DNA of 64,000 bases from a virus (Duplodnaviria; Heunggongvirae; Uroviricota; Caudoviricetes). The notes beneath the pieces are model-generated. The model was not told the origin of the DNA. It did not search any database and saw only the letters and a program-made list of their open reading frames with translations. The translations under genes were made by a program, and so were the position numbers. The stretch lies in IMG/VR virus record IMGVR_UViG_3300023203_000736; one strand, written 5' to 3'. Positions 1 through 9,068 of the stretch are shown here, piece after piece. Position 1 is the stretch's first letter; each line of letters opens with the position of its first letter.

Positions 1-1516
1 CATACTTCGCCAGCGTCAGGGCAAAGTCATTCACCGTGTCGGGATTGTTCCGCTTGCTGCCCCACTTCGGCAGATTGATCGTGCTGCTGATGGCCTGATC
101 CACGTAGTCCTGGATGTCGGCCTGCACTCTCATCCGCCGCTCGAAGTCCTCAGCGAGGTGCAGGGCGCTTTCCACCTTGTCAGGATTAAGGCCGTAGAGC
201 TTGATTAGCTCTTGGGCGGCTGAGTCCACAACGTACTGGTAATGCCACTTGGTCCCCTCACGCAGATACCGGCGCTTGTAGGCGACGGCGAAGATCGGCT
301 CGATGCCGGTGCTTGTGCCGGCGAGAATGCCGATCGTCCCTGTCGGGGCGATGGCTCGCCGGGCGATCGGACGCGAGACGCCCAGCTTATCGGCGAACTC
401 GTTCGAGACCTTATTCGTGACGCCCCGGTAGAACCTCAGCCAGTTGTGAAGCTCGGGTGTTACCTCGTAACGATAGCCGCGTTTGAGCAGCCATTCGTGA
501 ATGCCCATCAAGCCGACGCCCAATCGGCGGTTTTTCTCTCGGACCTTCTGAATCTTCTCGTAGGGCAGGTCCGCCCGGAGCGTTCCGCAGAGCAGGAACT
601 TGGTGGCCAGTTCGAGGACTGTCTTGAACTCCTCGATGCCCTCGATACGTCCAAGGTTCACGCTGCCAAGGTTGCAGACATCGGAGTCGTCTCCACTGAC
701 GACCTCAGTGCAGGCGTTTCTCAGCGTGTCTCGCTCTTGCTCGAACAGGTTGAACGAGAATCCAGGCTCAGCCGTCGAGACGGCCTGCAAGACATTCCGT
801 CTGAACAACTCGCCGGGATCGCCGGTTTGACACAACTGGAGGAGCCACGATGTATCGTAGTTCACCGAGACATTTGTCATGTCCAGCGGCGCGGGCCAGT
901 TCTGGTCGTGTTGCTTGACCTCGGCCAGCGTCAGCCGTGTGCCGGGGACGAGCAGGTCGTGCCAGTTCTTCACGGTCAGGAACTTTTCGATGTCGCCGTG
1001 TCGCCAGTTCAGCGAGGCATAGATAGCGGATCGCCGGCTGCCGCCCTGCATGACGTTGCGGCCAATCTCGTTTATCATCAGCATCTTGGGGATCGGGCCG
1101 CTGGCGAAGCCGCCGGTGCCGGAAAGGATCGAGTTGCTCTTGCGGTAGATCGAATAGTCGATCCCGATCCCGCCGCCGGTCATCAGGCAGCTTTCCGCCT
1201 TCCAAGAGAGATTGGCCCAGTCTTCACGTGAATCCTCCTCCGCGCACAGCAAGTAACAGTTGTTGTAGTATTTGCGCGGGCGGCCGGCGTAATAGAGGTA
1301 GCGGCCACCGGGAATGAATGTGAGATCGCGGATGAAGCCCTTGAGCGACTGCATCTCGTCATCGGAGAGCAGTTGCTTATGATGCGGATTCTTGGTCTCA
1401 GGCAGCTTTCCGCACACGTCCTCCACCAGTACGTCGGCCAGCTTCGCCCATGTCTCACATCCAGTATGTTGATATTTGGCGATGAAGATGTCCTCGCTGA
1501 ACTTTGAGCGGAACAT
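1..1516 (-). CDS. Ribonucleotide reductase large subunit, class-II-like. The N-terminal ~505 aa are in the window; the C-terminus runs off the window start.
   Basis: Manual minus-strand translation from ATG at 1516 reads MFRSKFSEDIF... It contains the RNR active-site block CNLGSVNL and the stretch APTGTIGILAGTSTGIEP. The ORF is absent from the supplied track because it exits the window. Confidence 0.8.
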   Translation of the reverse strand, partial: MFRSKFSEDIFIAKYQHTGCETWAKLADVLVEDVCGKLPETKNPHHKQLLSDDEMQSLKGFIRDLTFIPGGRYLYYAGRPRKYYNNCYLLCAEEDSREDWANLSWKAESCLMTGGGIGIDYSIYRKSNSILSGTGGFASGPIPKMLMINEIGRNVMQGGSRRSAIYASLNWRHGDIEKFLTVKNWHDLLVPGTRLTLAEVKQHDQNWPAPLDMTNVSVNYDTSWLLQLCQTGDPGELFRRNVLQAVSTAEPGFSFNLFEQERDTLRNACTEVVSGDDSDVCNLGSVNLGRIEGIEEFKTVLELATKFLLCGTLRADLPYEKIQKVREKNRRLGVGLMGIHEWLLKRGYRYEVTPELHNWLRFYRGVTNKVSNEFADKLGVSRPIARRAIAPTGTIGILAGTSTGIEPIFAVAYKRRYLREGTKWHYQYVVDSAAQELIKLYGLNPDKVESALHLAEDFERRMRVQADIQDYVDQAISSTINLPKWGSKRNNPDTVNDFALTLAKY

Positions 1517-1738
1517 CGGATTGATTTCAGAATGAAACGTCAAGGTTGCTTGCTCCCAGGGGACATAGTTGCGGGCCGTAATGAAAGGGTGATGACTGGA
1601 ATCAGCGCGGCCTCTTCCAGCACGTCATCGGGATGCTGAAAGTCGAGCGAGAAATGAGAGGTGGGGCAATTGAGTTGTTCCATGCCGATCGCCATGCCCT
1701 CGAAGATCGTGGCGACGGCTTCGCCGCGCATGAGCGAC

Positions 1739-2077
1739 TCACGCAAACGGGTTAGGGCCTTTGGGGCAATCGGCATCGGGATCAACCTTTACGAGTGTGG
1801 CGTGGGTGGGTAAACGGTCCTTCTTCCGAAGGCCGAGCTTCTCCTTGACGAGTCCGCGTGCCTCGCTACGGGTGTTCGCGCGAACCATGCCGTTCTGGCC
1901 GTTGCACTCCCAATGCCACTCGAACCGTGGCGGATTGAGGCGAGGGTCCAGGATTACGCCATCGGCGATGGCCTTTCGCTTGATCTCACGCTTGACTCTT
2001 GAGAGGGCTTCCTGGTAGCCGATTTTGTGCGGGCGTCGGGGCAGGGACTCCAAGTATTCGATGCGGGTTCGTCTCAT
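1739..2077 (-). CDS. Hypothetical basic protein (112 aa).
   Basis: Its start ATG (2077-2075) overlaps the TGA of the upstream GNAT gene in an ATGA arrangement. The longer track ORF (to 2194) would overlap the GNAT gene. Confidence 0.45.
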   Translation of the reverse strand: MRRTRIEYLESLPRRPHKIGYQEALSRVKREIKRKAIADGVILDPRLNPPRFEWHWECNGQNGMVRANTRSEARGLVKEKLGLRKKDRLPTHATLVKVDPDADCPKGPNPFA

Positions 2078-2550
2078 GTCTCTGTCTGGGAAAGGGGAAT
2101 GGAAAACAGAACGCCGTCCTCCCACTCGCCGTAGAACTTGAACCAGTTCTTGAGCAGCGGGACTTCGGCCCGGAAGCCGAGCTTGATGAGCCATTGGCTC
2201 AGATCATCAGGGTCGCCCGGCCGCAGTCGGCTCTCCGGGACGAGCATCAGCAGTTCGATTGCCCCGATTTCGCGGGCGAAAAGTACGCAGTTGCCCAGCA
2301 GCCGGCGGGCAATACCCTGGTTCCGGTACGGTGCTTTCACCGCAATCCTGACGATCTCCACACCGCGATTTCGGTTGCTGGTGAAAATCACCATTCCAAC
2401 CGGAGTGCCATTCCACGTAGCAACGCAGGCCAAGCAATCCTTGGCGACTTGCCGCCAGTCCTCGGGCAGCCATGCGTAGTCGAAGCACTTATTGTCGATG
2501 TCCAGCAGGTAATGAGCATCCCTCTCGGTAGTAGCGCGGATGTTCAGCAT
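2074..2550 (-). CDS. GNAT-family N-acetyltransferase.
   Basis: Contains the RNQGIARRLL acetyl-CoA-binding motif (Q/RxxGxG/A) in a GNAT-like ~158-aa fold. Confidence 0.7.
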   Translation of the reverse strand: MLNIRATTERDAHYLLDIDNKCFDYAWLPEDWRQVAKDCLACVATWNGTPVGMVIFTSNRNRGVEIVRIAVKAPYRNQGIARRLLGNCVLFAREIGAIELLMLVPESRLRPGDPDDLSQWLIKLGFRAEVPLLKNWFKFYGEWEDGVLFSIPLSQTET

Positions 2551-2554
2551 GTGC

Positions 2555-3631
2555 TCACTTTCTGAATTGGGGTCGGGCCATCTGAGCGTAGAGGTTCTCT
2601 TCCAGCGAACCGTCCGATTGCAGTGCGATCACCTTCTGCTCCAAATGGTGACACTTCTGATCGCTTTCCTCGCGGCTCAGGTCACGGAACACCCAGCCGC
2701 TCGTGATCGCATCCCAACATTCGACCATGCGGTTAAGCACGGTCATCTGATGGGCATTGCTCACGCGGGCGCGTTGCTGGGCGACTCGCAACAGCGGTCG
2801 GCCTTCCGGCATGTATTTGCTGACGATTTCGTCGATGCAGCACACTACCTCTTCGTCGCCTATCTGCTCGCCAAGGAGCCAACCGTACATGCAGAGTTGG
2901 TCGGCGTACTCCTCGTTGCCGCTTTCCATGTACAACTGATTGATCTCGAATCCGTGGTGGTCATACGGCACGTAGTCCTTGTGTGCCGTGTTGTGACTCT
3001 TGCTCGCCTTGAACGGGGGGCCATAGCCGTCACGGCAAAGGCGGTAGTTCTTACTCGGAGAGGCTCCGTACTTCGAGCAGAAACCCTTGACCTTCCAATC
3101 GAGGATCACGTGAACCCCGCATTCGTGAATGAAGCGGCAGTCCGGCTTGCCGACGATCGGCACGCCTTTGATCTCGCTACGGACCTCGAATTCAAACCGA
3201 GGCGGCTCCTTCGATTTCTGGAGCATGGCCAACAGTTCGTCGAACGCGCCGGTCAGCACGTAGCAATCGAAGACGTATTTGCCCGCGTCCAGCGCGAAGT
3301 CGCGGTTGTGCGGCTCGACTTGATTCTCGAAGATCGCGGTGAAGTTAAACTGTGGATCAGCCCCTTTGCCGAACAGCCGTTCGTGCAAGGCAGACTTCGC
3401 ATAGGCGTCGAAGCCGGCACCGACCGACATATAGATTTCCTGGGCGATGCGCGGAGCGCGGGTCTCGGCCAAGTGTTTTATGTAAAACTCTTCGCGGTCC
3501 TTACCCCAGAGCGTCAGCGAAGAGTGGCTAAGGTAGGTTGGCTTTCTCACGAGTCGAGCATCTCCTTGATCCTGTGCCGCAAGTAATCGGCAGCCAAGTG
3601 ACCGTTGAGGGCGTTCCACGGTCGAGGGCAT
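2555..3631 (-). CDS. Putative PD-(D/E)xK-family nuclease. The start is uncertain; an internal Met is at 3430.
   Basis: KPDCRFIHECGVHVILDWKVKG reads as PD ... DxK. The C-terminal part is Cys/His-rich. Its 5' end overlaps the next gene if the first Met is used. Confidence 0.4.
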   Translation of the reverse strand: MPSTVERPQRSLGCRLLAAQDQGDARLVRKPTYLSHSSLTLWGKDREEFYIKHLAETRAPRIAQEIYMSVGAGFDAYAKSALHERLFGKGADPQFNFTAIFENQVEPHNRDFALDAGKYVFDCYVLTGAFDELLAMLQKSKEPPRFEFEVRSEIKGVPIVGKPDCRFIHECGVHVILDWKVKGFCSKYGASPSKNYRLCRDGYGPPFKASKSHNTAHKDYVPYDHHGFEINQLYMESGNEEYADQLCMYGWLLGEQIGDEEVVCCIDEIVSKYMPEGRPLLRVAQQRARVSNAHQMTVLNRMVECWDAITSGWVFRDLSREESDQKCHHLEQKVIALQSDGSLEENLYAQMARPQFRK

Positions 3632-4065
3632 AACAGCGAAGCACCGCCCGCCTGGTGGAAATGAAACACGTTGTCCTCTCTATCGTCGATCAGTAGCGTG
3701 CGACCATTCGCGCACCACGACTTGTTCGGCGTTAAAATGAAGCGTTGGACATAAGAGGGCATGTTCCGATGAATCCAGAACAGCTTTCCTTCCGCCGAGC
3801 CGACCCAATTGGCCGGCGTCGAACAGATGACGACGTTCTCGGGACCAACAGCCTTTTCGCAGATGGCAACGATCTCCCTCCCGTCTGCCATCCAGGGCAG
3901 ATTGAGCCACCAGTGCGCATCTGTCCCGGACCACAATTGCTCATCGCTGTGTGGCAAGCAGCCACGATTGAAGGCGGAAAGATCAGTCAATCCGAGCCGT
4001 ACCATCACGGCCGAGTGGAGATCGACGATCACGCCGTCCATATCGAGAAAGATTTGTCGGTTCAT
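3547..4065 (-). CDS. HAD-superfamily 5'(3')-deoxyribonucleotidase-like phosphatase.
   Basis: Has the N-terminal FLDMDGVIVD motif (HAD motif I, DxDG) and a C-terminal LLIDDREDNV block. It is a paralog of the 10306-10866 gene. Its start overlaps the upstream stop as ATGA. Confidence 0.65.
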   Translation of the reverse strand: MNRQIFLDMDGVIVDLHSAVMVRLGLTDLSAFNRGCLPHSDEQLWSGTDAHWWLNLPWMADGREIVAICEKAVGPENVVICSTPANWVGSAEGKLFWIHRNMPSYVQRFILTPNKSWCANGRTLLIDDREDNVFHFHQAGGASLLCPRPWNALNGHLAADYLRHRIKEMLDS

Positions 4066-4370
4066 GCCGGTTGACCGTCCCTCCCGTTGATGCACGGCTT
4101 ATTGAGGTCACGCATCGGAACGCCGTGCTGCTCGAAGCAGGCGACTCCGAGGGTCACGACTTTTCGCAGACTCTCCAAGGTCTTCTCGTCGCCGTCCTCG
4201 CAGGTCGCCGTGCGGAACGCCTGGTCAAGGTAGTGCCTCATGTAGACCAGGAACTCGCCGACAGTGCGATTGTGCTCCTGGAAAGTGCCGTTCCATTGGC
4301 GTTGCCCCCAGCGGCGGGCCTGGTAGGCACGCTCGCTGGCGATTGCGTCGAAAATCATGTCGATGGTCAT
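4062..4370 (-). CDS. Small acidic protein, possibly a MazG-like all-alpha NTP pyrophosphohydrolase.
   Basis: ERAYQARRWG and TVGEFLVYM resemble the EExxE / EVGEL helices of MazG-type NTP-PPases. This is a weak call. ATGA overlaps on both sides. Confidence 0.3.
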   Translation of the reverse strand: MTIDMIFDAIASERAYQARRWGQRQWNGTFQEHNRTVGEFLVYMRHYLDQAFRTATCEDGDEKTLESLRKVVTLGVACFEQHGVPMRDLNKPCINGRDGQPA

Positions 4371-5440
4371 TCGTTGTCCTGTGCGCCTTTCCGATCGAGA
4401 TAGTCCGCGCTCACGCTTTTCAAGATCAGCCGGCCGCCGGTCGGAGCGTAGAAGTGCTCTACCTGCGGAGTGATGACGCAGCCTTCTCGATCCTTAAAGC
4501 TGCTCTTGATCTTGTCTGGAGTAGCCAACGTCGTGGGACCGTAGGTGAACTGATTCACGAGGTCTTTGCTGAACGGTCCCTCATAAAGCACGGGAACCAA
4601 TTCGACGCCGAACTGGGCGCAGGCGGCTTTCAGAGCCTCCCAGTCGAGATACCTGCCGTTGACGCTGATGTCGAAAACACGATAGCCATCCCTGTCCTTG
4701 ACTCCGTAGTCCAAGTCCTGGACGCCCGACCCGTAGATTTCCCCGAAAACGATCACTGAGTTCTTCTCATCACAGAGATGCGTGAGGAGATTCAAGACGC
4801 ATTCGTCTTCGAGCGGCTTCCAGTAGATGCACGCCTTGCCTTCTTCCGGCTTCTTCCGTCTGGTCCGATGGCTCCCGGCCATGAACTCGAATTCGCCGTT
4901 CTTGAGGATCAGGCCGACCCGGCTATTCGTGCCGTGAATCTTTTCCGTGATCCGAACGAGCGTTCCTTCCGCGAAGGCGTCAGGAAACCGCCAGATGTTC
5001 TCGATCTCCGTATACTTGTGAAACTGGCTATCCTCTGGCGCGAGATCGCCGGGAAAATACTTGGCCGGCGGTTCGTACTTCTTGGCGGCCCACATCACCG
5101 ACACGTCGCTTCCCAGGGGATGGGCGCGCAAGAGGTCGGGAGCAGGGATGACGAAACCGAAGCTCGGTTCGCCTCGCAGCCGGCAGGCCGCCACCCGACA
5201 CTGGCACTTGATGCCGTCGAGTTCGGCGTGTTTGAGGTACTTCTGGATGCCGAGCGTCTGGCTGACATCCTGTGGGATCAGAATTCCGGGAGGGAAGAAG
5301 ACTACCCGCTGACCTTGTTGGAACTCGCCCTTGCCGACGATCGTCGTGAGGCCCTTGATGACCGCGATTTCCAACTTGCTCGCGTTCGGATGGGGCCTCA
5401 CTTCATCAATGGTGGTGAGTTCAACGAAGAGGTTGGACAT
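4367..5440 (-). CDS. ATP-dependent RNA ligase, Rnl5-like (DraRnl/NgrRnl type), with an N-terminal OB-like domain.
   Basis: Nucleotidyltransferase motif I is TEKIHGTN (KxHGxN). The N-terminal region runs MSNLFVELTTIDEV...KLEIAVIKG. No C-terminal Rnl2 domain is present. Start is taken at MSNLF (5440). Confidence 0.6.
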   Translation of the reverse strand: MSNLFVELTTIDEVRPHPNASKLEIAVIKGLTTIVGKGEFQQGQRVVFFPPGILIPQDVSQTLGIQKYLKHAELDGIKCQCRVAACRLRGEPSFGFVIPAPDLLRAHPLGSDVSVMWAAKKYEPPAKYFPGDLAPEDSQFHKYTEIENIWRFPDAFAEGTLVRITEKIHGTNSRVGLILKNGEFEFMAGSHRTRRKKPEEGKACIYWKPLEDECVLNLLTHLCDEKNSVIVFGEIYGSGVQDLDYGVKDRDGYRVFDISVNGRYLDWEALKAACAQFGVELVPVLYEGPFSKDLVNQFTYGPTTLATPDKIKSSFKDREGCVITPQVEHFYAPTGGRLILKSVSADYLDRKGAQDNE

Positions 5441-5711
5441 AGGCGCGTACCTTGAGCGCTGGAGGATGGTTGGAGGAAAAGCTAGCGCAACGCCAGGCGC
5501 GGTTGGCGAGTCCTCTTCGACAGAGACCGCTTGCGCCAGCAAATTGGACTGACTGTGGCGGGATCGCCGAGTAGTCTAAGTCAACCTGGGAGTCTCCCAA
5601 GTATCAGGGCGCACACTGCCTTTTCGAGCAACGTCTTTTCCGGCAGCTAGGGACTGCTCTCCAGCGTTGCCGCTGGCATATTGCTCAGCCCATCAACTCC
5701 CAGGTCGGAAG

Positions 5712-6131
5712 CTATTGAAGGTCTTTGAGGATCGACCGGAGGTACTTGCGGGCGGCCTTGAATCGCAGAATCAGGGCACTGCCGAGGCAGCCGCCGATCG
5801 CCATGCCGACGCCCGAAAGCGTCGATGACGCTAGGTTGGTCAGCGTCTCGGTGCTATGGGTGGCCGCGTAGACCAGGGCAGCAACGCCTGACACGGCGAC
5901 CAGAACCAGGGCAAAGGCCCCGGTGGCGTAGGCAGCCGTGCGCCGCGACCAATGGCCCAGCTTCCGGCTGGCAGGTTTCTCCAGCACGTTCCGGCGGAAG
6001 AAGTCGTGGATGTTCTGGCCCGGCGAGCGATCCAGAGAGATCGTTTGCCTGCCTTCACCGTTGTCCACGTTCAGCCAGGTGCCCTCATCGTCCTGGGTGA
6101 CTTCCACGGTTGTTTCGATAGTTCTGTTCAT
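5712..6131 (-). CDS. Membrane protein (2 predicted TM helices).
   Basis: Start MNRTIETTVEV. The C-terminal half is hydrophobic (AAYATGAFALVLVAVSGVAALVYA, GVGMAIGGCLGSALIL). ATGA overlap with the upstream gene. Confidence 0.45.
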   Translation of the reverse strand: MNRTIETTVEVTQDDEGTWLNVDNGEGRQTISLDRSPGQNIHDFFRRNVLEKPASRKLGHWSRRTAAYATGAFALVLVAVSGVAALVYAATHSTETLTNLASSTLSGVGMAIGGCLGSALILRFKAARKYLRSILKDLQ

Positions 6132-6355
6132 GGATACCTCTTCTCCCGGACCTTGGGCAGTTCGCGCGGGAACTGGCCCACGTCGTTCAGCACGTTCTCC
6201 TCGGCATACCGCTTGCCACCCTCGATGATGCCTCCAGCAACGAGCTTCTCCAGGAGCTTGGTTGCCGAGACCCACTGGGACTCGATCACCAATCGGCCGT
6301 CGATGTAAAGGGCCTCCTTCTGGTCTGGAATGGCCACGAGAAATACTTGACTCAT
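6128..6355 (-). CDS. Hypothetical 75-aa protein.
   Basis: MSQVFLVAIPDQKEALYIDGRLVIES... ATGA overlap with the upstream MTase stop. Confidence 0.4.
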   Translation of the reverse strand: MSQVFLVAIPDQKEALYIDGRLVIESQWVSATKLLEKLVAGGIIEGGKRYAEENVLNDVGQFPRELPKVREKRYP

Positions 6356-6990
6356 CGCAATGCCTCCTCGGGCAGGAAGTAATGGGGTTCGATGCCGTGA
6401 ACGTTGAAGATCACGACTTCGCAGTGGAACTCGACGCCTGGAAAAACATCCAGGGGAAGGCTGACGACCGACGTGATCCTGGCACCGCAGTCTCGCAGCC
6501 ACTGCCAACGTGTGCTCCGTATCCGCTGATTCAGACGGAAGCCCATCGGCGTGAATATCGCAACGGGCATGGTCGGACGGAACAGCGTGAACACATGCGA
6601 CAGGAAGACCTCTGGATAGAGTCGCTTCCCCGCAGCACCATTGAAGGGCGGGTTGCAGATCGCTAGGTCCGCCCCGGCGAACATCGTCTTGTCGGTGATG
6701 TCCTCGAACCGTCCCGTGTGGCAGAAATCACACTGCGACTCGTCCACGTGCGGGTCGATGTCACAACCGAGAACGCGACATCCAGCCTTCTTCCAAGGGT
6801 CGGTCAATCGGCCGGTGCCAATCGCCGGATCGAACACCGTCTTGAACTGAGGATGCCGCAGGACGTTGTAAGCCATCGAGTTGTAAAGGATGTCGAACAG
6901 GAAGCTCGCAACGCCAGGCGGCGTGTAGATCGTGCTGGGCTTCGGGTTCCTCCGGTAATCGTTTCGTGAAACTGTCAAAGGACTCGGCAT
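6352..6990 (-). CDS. DNA N6-adenine methyltransferase (motif I before motif IV).
   Basis: VFDPAIGTGRL (FxGxG SAM-binding) is followed by ICNPPFNG (NPPF catalytic motif). Confidence 0.7.
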   Translation of the reverse strand: MPSPLTVSRNDYRRNPKPSTIYTPPGVASFLFDILYNSMAYNVLRHPQFKTVFDPAIGTGRLTDPWKKAGCRVLGCDIDPHVDESQCDFCHTGRFEDITDKTMFAGADLAICNPPFNGAAGKRLYPEVFLSHVFTLFRPTMPVAIFTPMGFRLNQRIRSTRWQWLRDCGARITSVVSLPLDVFPGVEFHCEVVIFNVHGIEPHYFLPEEALR

Positions 6991-7706
6991 CGGTCTTCCA
7001 TTGGTCGCTCGTGGTCAATCTTCTCCGCAAGCACTTTCTCGACTCGTTGGACGGCCTCAGCAAAATACTTGGCGTCCTTCTCGATTCCCACGAACCGCTT
7101 CCCGCTTCGGATCGCAGCCTCGGCCGTGGCACCCGATCCCATGAACCAGTCGCCGATTGCTTCGCCCGGCATCAAGGTAGCGAGCCGTTGCAGGAGTTCG
7201 ATTGGCTTCTCGGCTGGGTGAATGCGGTCGCTTGTTGGCACCACGCGGCACGCCAGGACGGTCCCTTGCGTGTCCGTGAGCGTTGCGCCGGTGCCGGAGC
7301 ACGCCAGGATCAACTCGTGCTGATGCCGCCACGGGCGGCCCATTCCGATCCGCTCCTTGTTCCAGACCAGACAGACCGATCGCGGGAACAGGCTGTAGGT
7401 AGCTTCGTAGAACACCGGGTAGCTCTGGGCATCACAGAAGAACAGGTGGTGAGCATCCTTGCCCGCGACCTTCTGTGACAGGCCCACGATTTGCTCAAAC
7501 CAGCCCCGCAGGATGCTCAGGTCTGCGTAGCAACGAGTCCAATCGCACTGCTCGGCCCGGCTCGCATAATGCTGAGCCGGAAGGAAGAACGGCGGGTCGG
7601 TGATGACCGCATCGACCATGCCGGCAGGCAAACGTTTTAGGACGTGTTCGGCATCACCGCAGAACAGCGAAATATCGTCCTGCTGCCAATCAGGCTTCAA
7701 GGTCAT
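6975..7706 (-). CDS. DNA methyltransferase, beta-class N6A/N4C (motif IV before motif I).
   Basis: DAVITDPPFF (DPPF) is N-terminal and FMGSGATAEAA (FxGxG) is C-terminal. Start is taken at MTLKPDW, which overlaps the DNA ligase stop as ATGA. Confidence 0.7.
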   Translation of the reverse strand: MTLKPDWQQDDISLFCGDAEHVLKRLPAGMVDAVITDPPFFLPAQHYASRAEQCDWTRCYADLSILRGWFEQIVGLSQKVAGKDAHHLFFCDAQSYPVFYEATYSLFPRSVCLVWNKERIGMGRPWRHQHELILACSGTGATLTDTQGTVLACRVVPTSDRIHPAEKPIELLQRLATLMPGEAIGDWFMGSGATAEAAIRSGKRFVGIEKDAKYFAEAVQRVEKVLAEKIDHERPMEDRCRVL

Positions 7707-8794
7707 TCCACGTCCCTCCGTCGCCAATAGCGGGCTTCCTTTGGGATTCCGTCATCGGTGAGTTCCCGGTACTTGAACGTGACCGTCTGGCCTGTCTTGA
7801 AGCACCGCCCCTGGAAGAACTTGGGCATATCCTCGCCCGGATGCTCGGCCGCCGTGCGGCTCATGTCGGGGTTGAGAAACTCGCGCTCGGCGTCCGTCAG
7901 GCCGGCAAGCTCCAGTCGCTTGCCTTGGTAGTCCACGATTAGGGCACCGATCTTGCCCAAGAGTCGGCTACCCTTGTCTGTCTCACGGCCGCTGGTGAAG
8001 CCGACGATCGCGGCTTCCGCATCCTCGAAGGGCTTGAACTTGAGTAAGCCCTTATGCCGCTTCGGCGTCCAAGTCGCCATCGGATCACGGATCACGCAAC
8101 CCTCGCCTCCCTGGTCGAGCACCTTTCGCAGGAACTCGTTGACCATCTCACGAGCGGCCTCCTCATCCTCGGGGAGCCGAATCTGCTGGTGGATGAACAC
8201 GCAATCGTTCTGGGCTTCCAGGAACTCGCGCAGGAACATCAACTCATCGTTAAAGGTCGCGGGCGTCTTCACCCAGCCATAGCCCGGCATCTTGTCGATG
8301 CGAGACTTGAGCCATTGGTCGATCTTCTCGAACTCCAGATTGCACACCATGTTCGGATTCTTGATCTCTCCCGACATGAACACGTATGGTAAAGCTGGCG
8401 CACTGTAGACCGCATAACTGATCCGATGGAAACGAGGGTCGGGATCATCACCGGCGCAGATCGACCGGCAGAGTTGAAACCCGCCCCGACCGGCCCAGAG
8501 TTCGCCGTCTAGCGGACACGCTGGCAGAGCGTTGAGAAAATCATCCGGGGCCATGATCGGATTCCCATACCGCGACCACAGACCCGTGGCAGATGGTTTG
8601 AGCTTGGACTTTCTCTTGCCGGTTTTCGGGTCTGTCACGCTGGCCCACGGTATTTGTTCGGTAGGGACGCCACGGCTTACACCGCCGTCCCAGAAGCAGC
8701 GAGTTCCGTCGAGCTTCTCGCTGACCAGGTAGCCGGCGATCTTGTGTTTGTCTGGGTTGTAGGTGTCGGCCAATTGCAGAAACTCACGACGCAC
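7703..8794 (-). CDS. ATP-dependent DNA ligase.
   Basis: Motif I is SEKLDGTR (KxDGxR). The ligase/OB architecture is about 360 aa. Confidence 0.8.
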   Translation of the reverse strand: MRREFLQLADTYNPDKHKIAGYLVSEKLDGTRCFWDGGVSRGVPTEQIPWASVTDPKTGKRKSKLKPSATGLWSRYGNPIMAPDDFLNALPACPLDGELWAGRGGFQLCRSICAGDDPDPRFHRISYAVYSAPALPYVFMSGEIKNPNMVCNLEFEKIDQWLKSRIDKMPGYGWVKTPATFNDELMFLREFLEAQNDCVFIHQQIRLPEDEEAAREMVNEFLRKVLDQGGEGCVIRDPMATWTPKRHKGLLKFKPFEDAEAAIVGFTSGRETDKGSRLLGKIGALIVDYQGKRLELAGLTDAEREFLNPDMSRTAAEHPGEDMPKFFQGRCFKTGQTVTFKYRELTDDGIPKEARYWRRRDVE

Positions 8795-9068
8795 TGTTGC
8801 TCTCCAGGTACTTGAACGCGGACTCGCTAAAATCAGCGAGGAAACTGCCTGCGCAACCGCAGGCGAACACGATGAACGGATTGAGGCTAATCAGTGGGCC
8901 AAGCAGAACGCCGCACCAGAACCCCGAGCACTGATAGCACTCGAACAGGCCGTGGTACAACTTGGCGGGGAGATGTGCCTTCGCCCATTCGTCCACCGGC
9001 TCCATAATCTCGCTGTCCACAACGATGTGCGTCATGCCAATGACGGCAATGCAGAACAGCAAGATCAT
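8784..9068 (-). CDS. Small Cys-rich hydrophobic protein.
   Basis: YHGLFECYQCSGFWCGVLLGPLI... ATGA overlap with the upstream phosphoesterase stop. Confidence 0.35.
   Translation of the reverse strand: MILLFCIAVIGMTHIVVDSEIMEPVDEWAKAHLPAKLYHGLFECYQCSGFWCGVLLGPLISLNPFIVFACGCAGSFLADFSESAFKYLESNSAS

Noticed and set aside
242-1231. 329-aa plus-strand ORF at the window start.
   Set aside because: It is antisense to the minus-strand ribonucleotide reductase, whose translation carries the CNLGSVNL and PTGTIG motifs. The plus-frame product is low-complexity and R/G/D-rich.
1739-2550. Reading the GNAT gene plus the coupled downstream small ORF as a GNAT-type toxin-antitoxin pair.
   Set aside because: The gene order is reversed relative to the known antitoxin-toxin pairs, and the small protein shows no RHH or DUF1778 features. 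It is treated as a plain GNAT acetyltransferase with a hypothetical neighbour.
5441-5711. 270-nt intergenic region upstream of the RNA ligase containing a CCAGCG-GCAA-CGCUGG GNRA hairpin (5661-5676) as a riboswitch or ncRNA.
   Set aside because: There is only a single short hairpin and no recognisable conserved riboswitch core. It is most likely a promoter or leader region, and cannot be assessed without comparative data.
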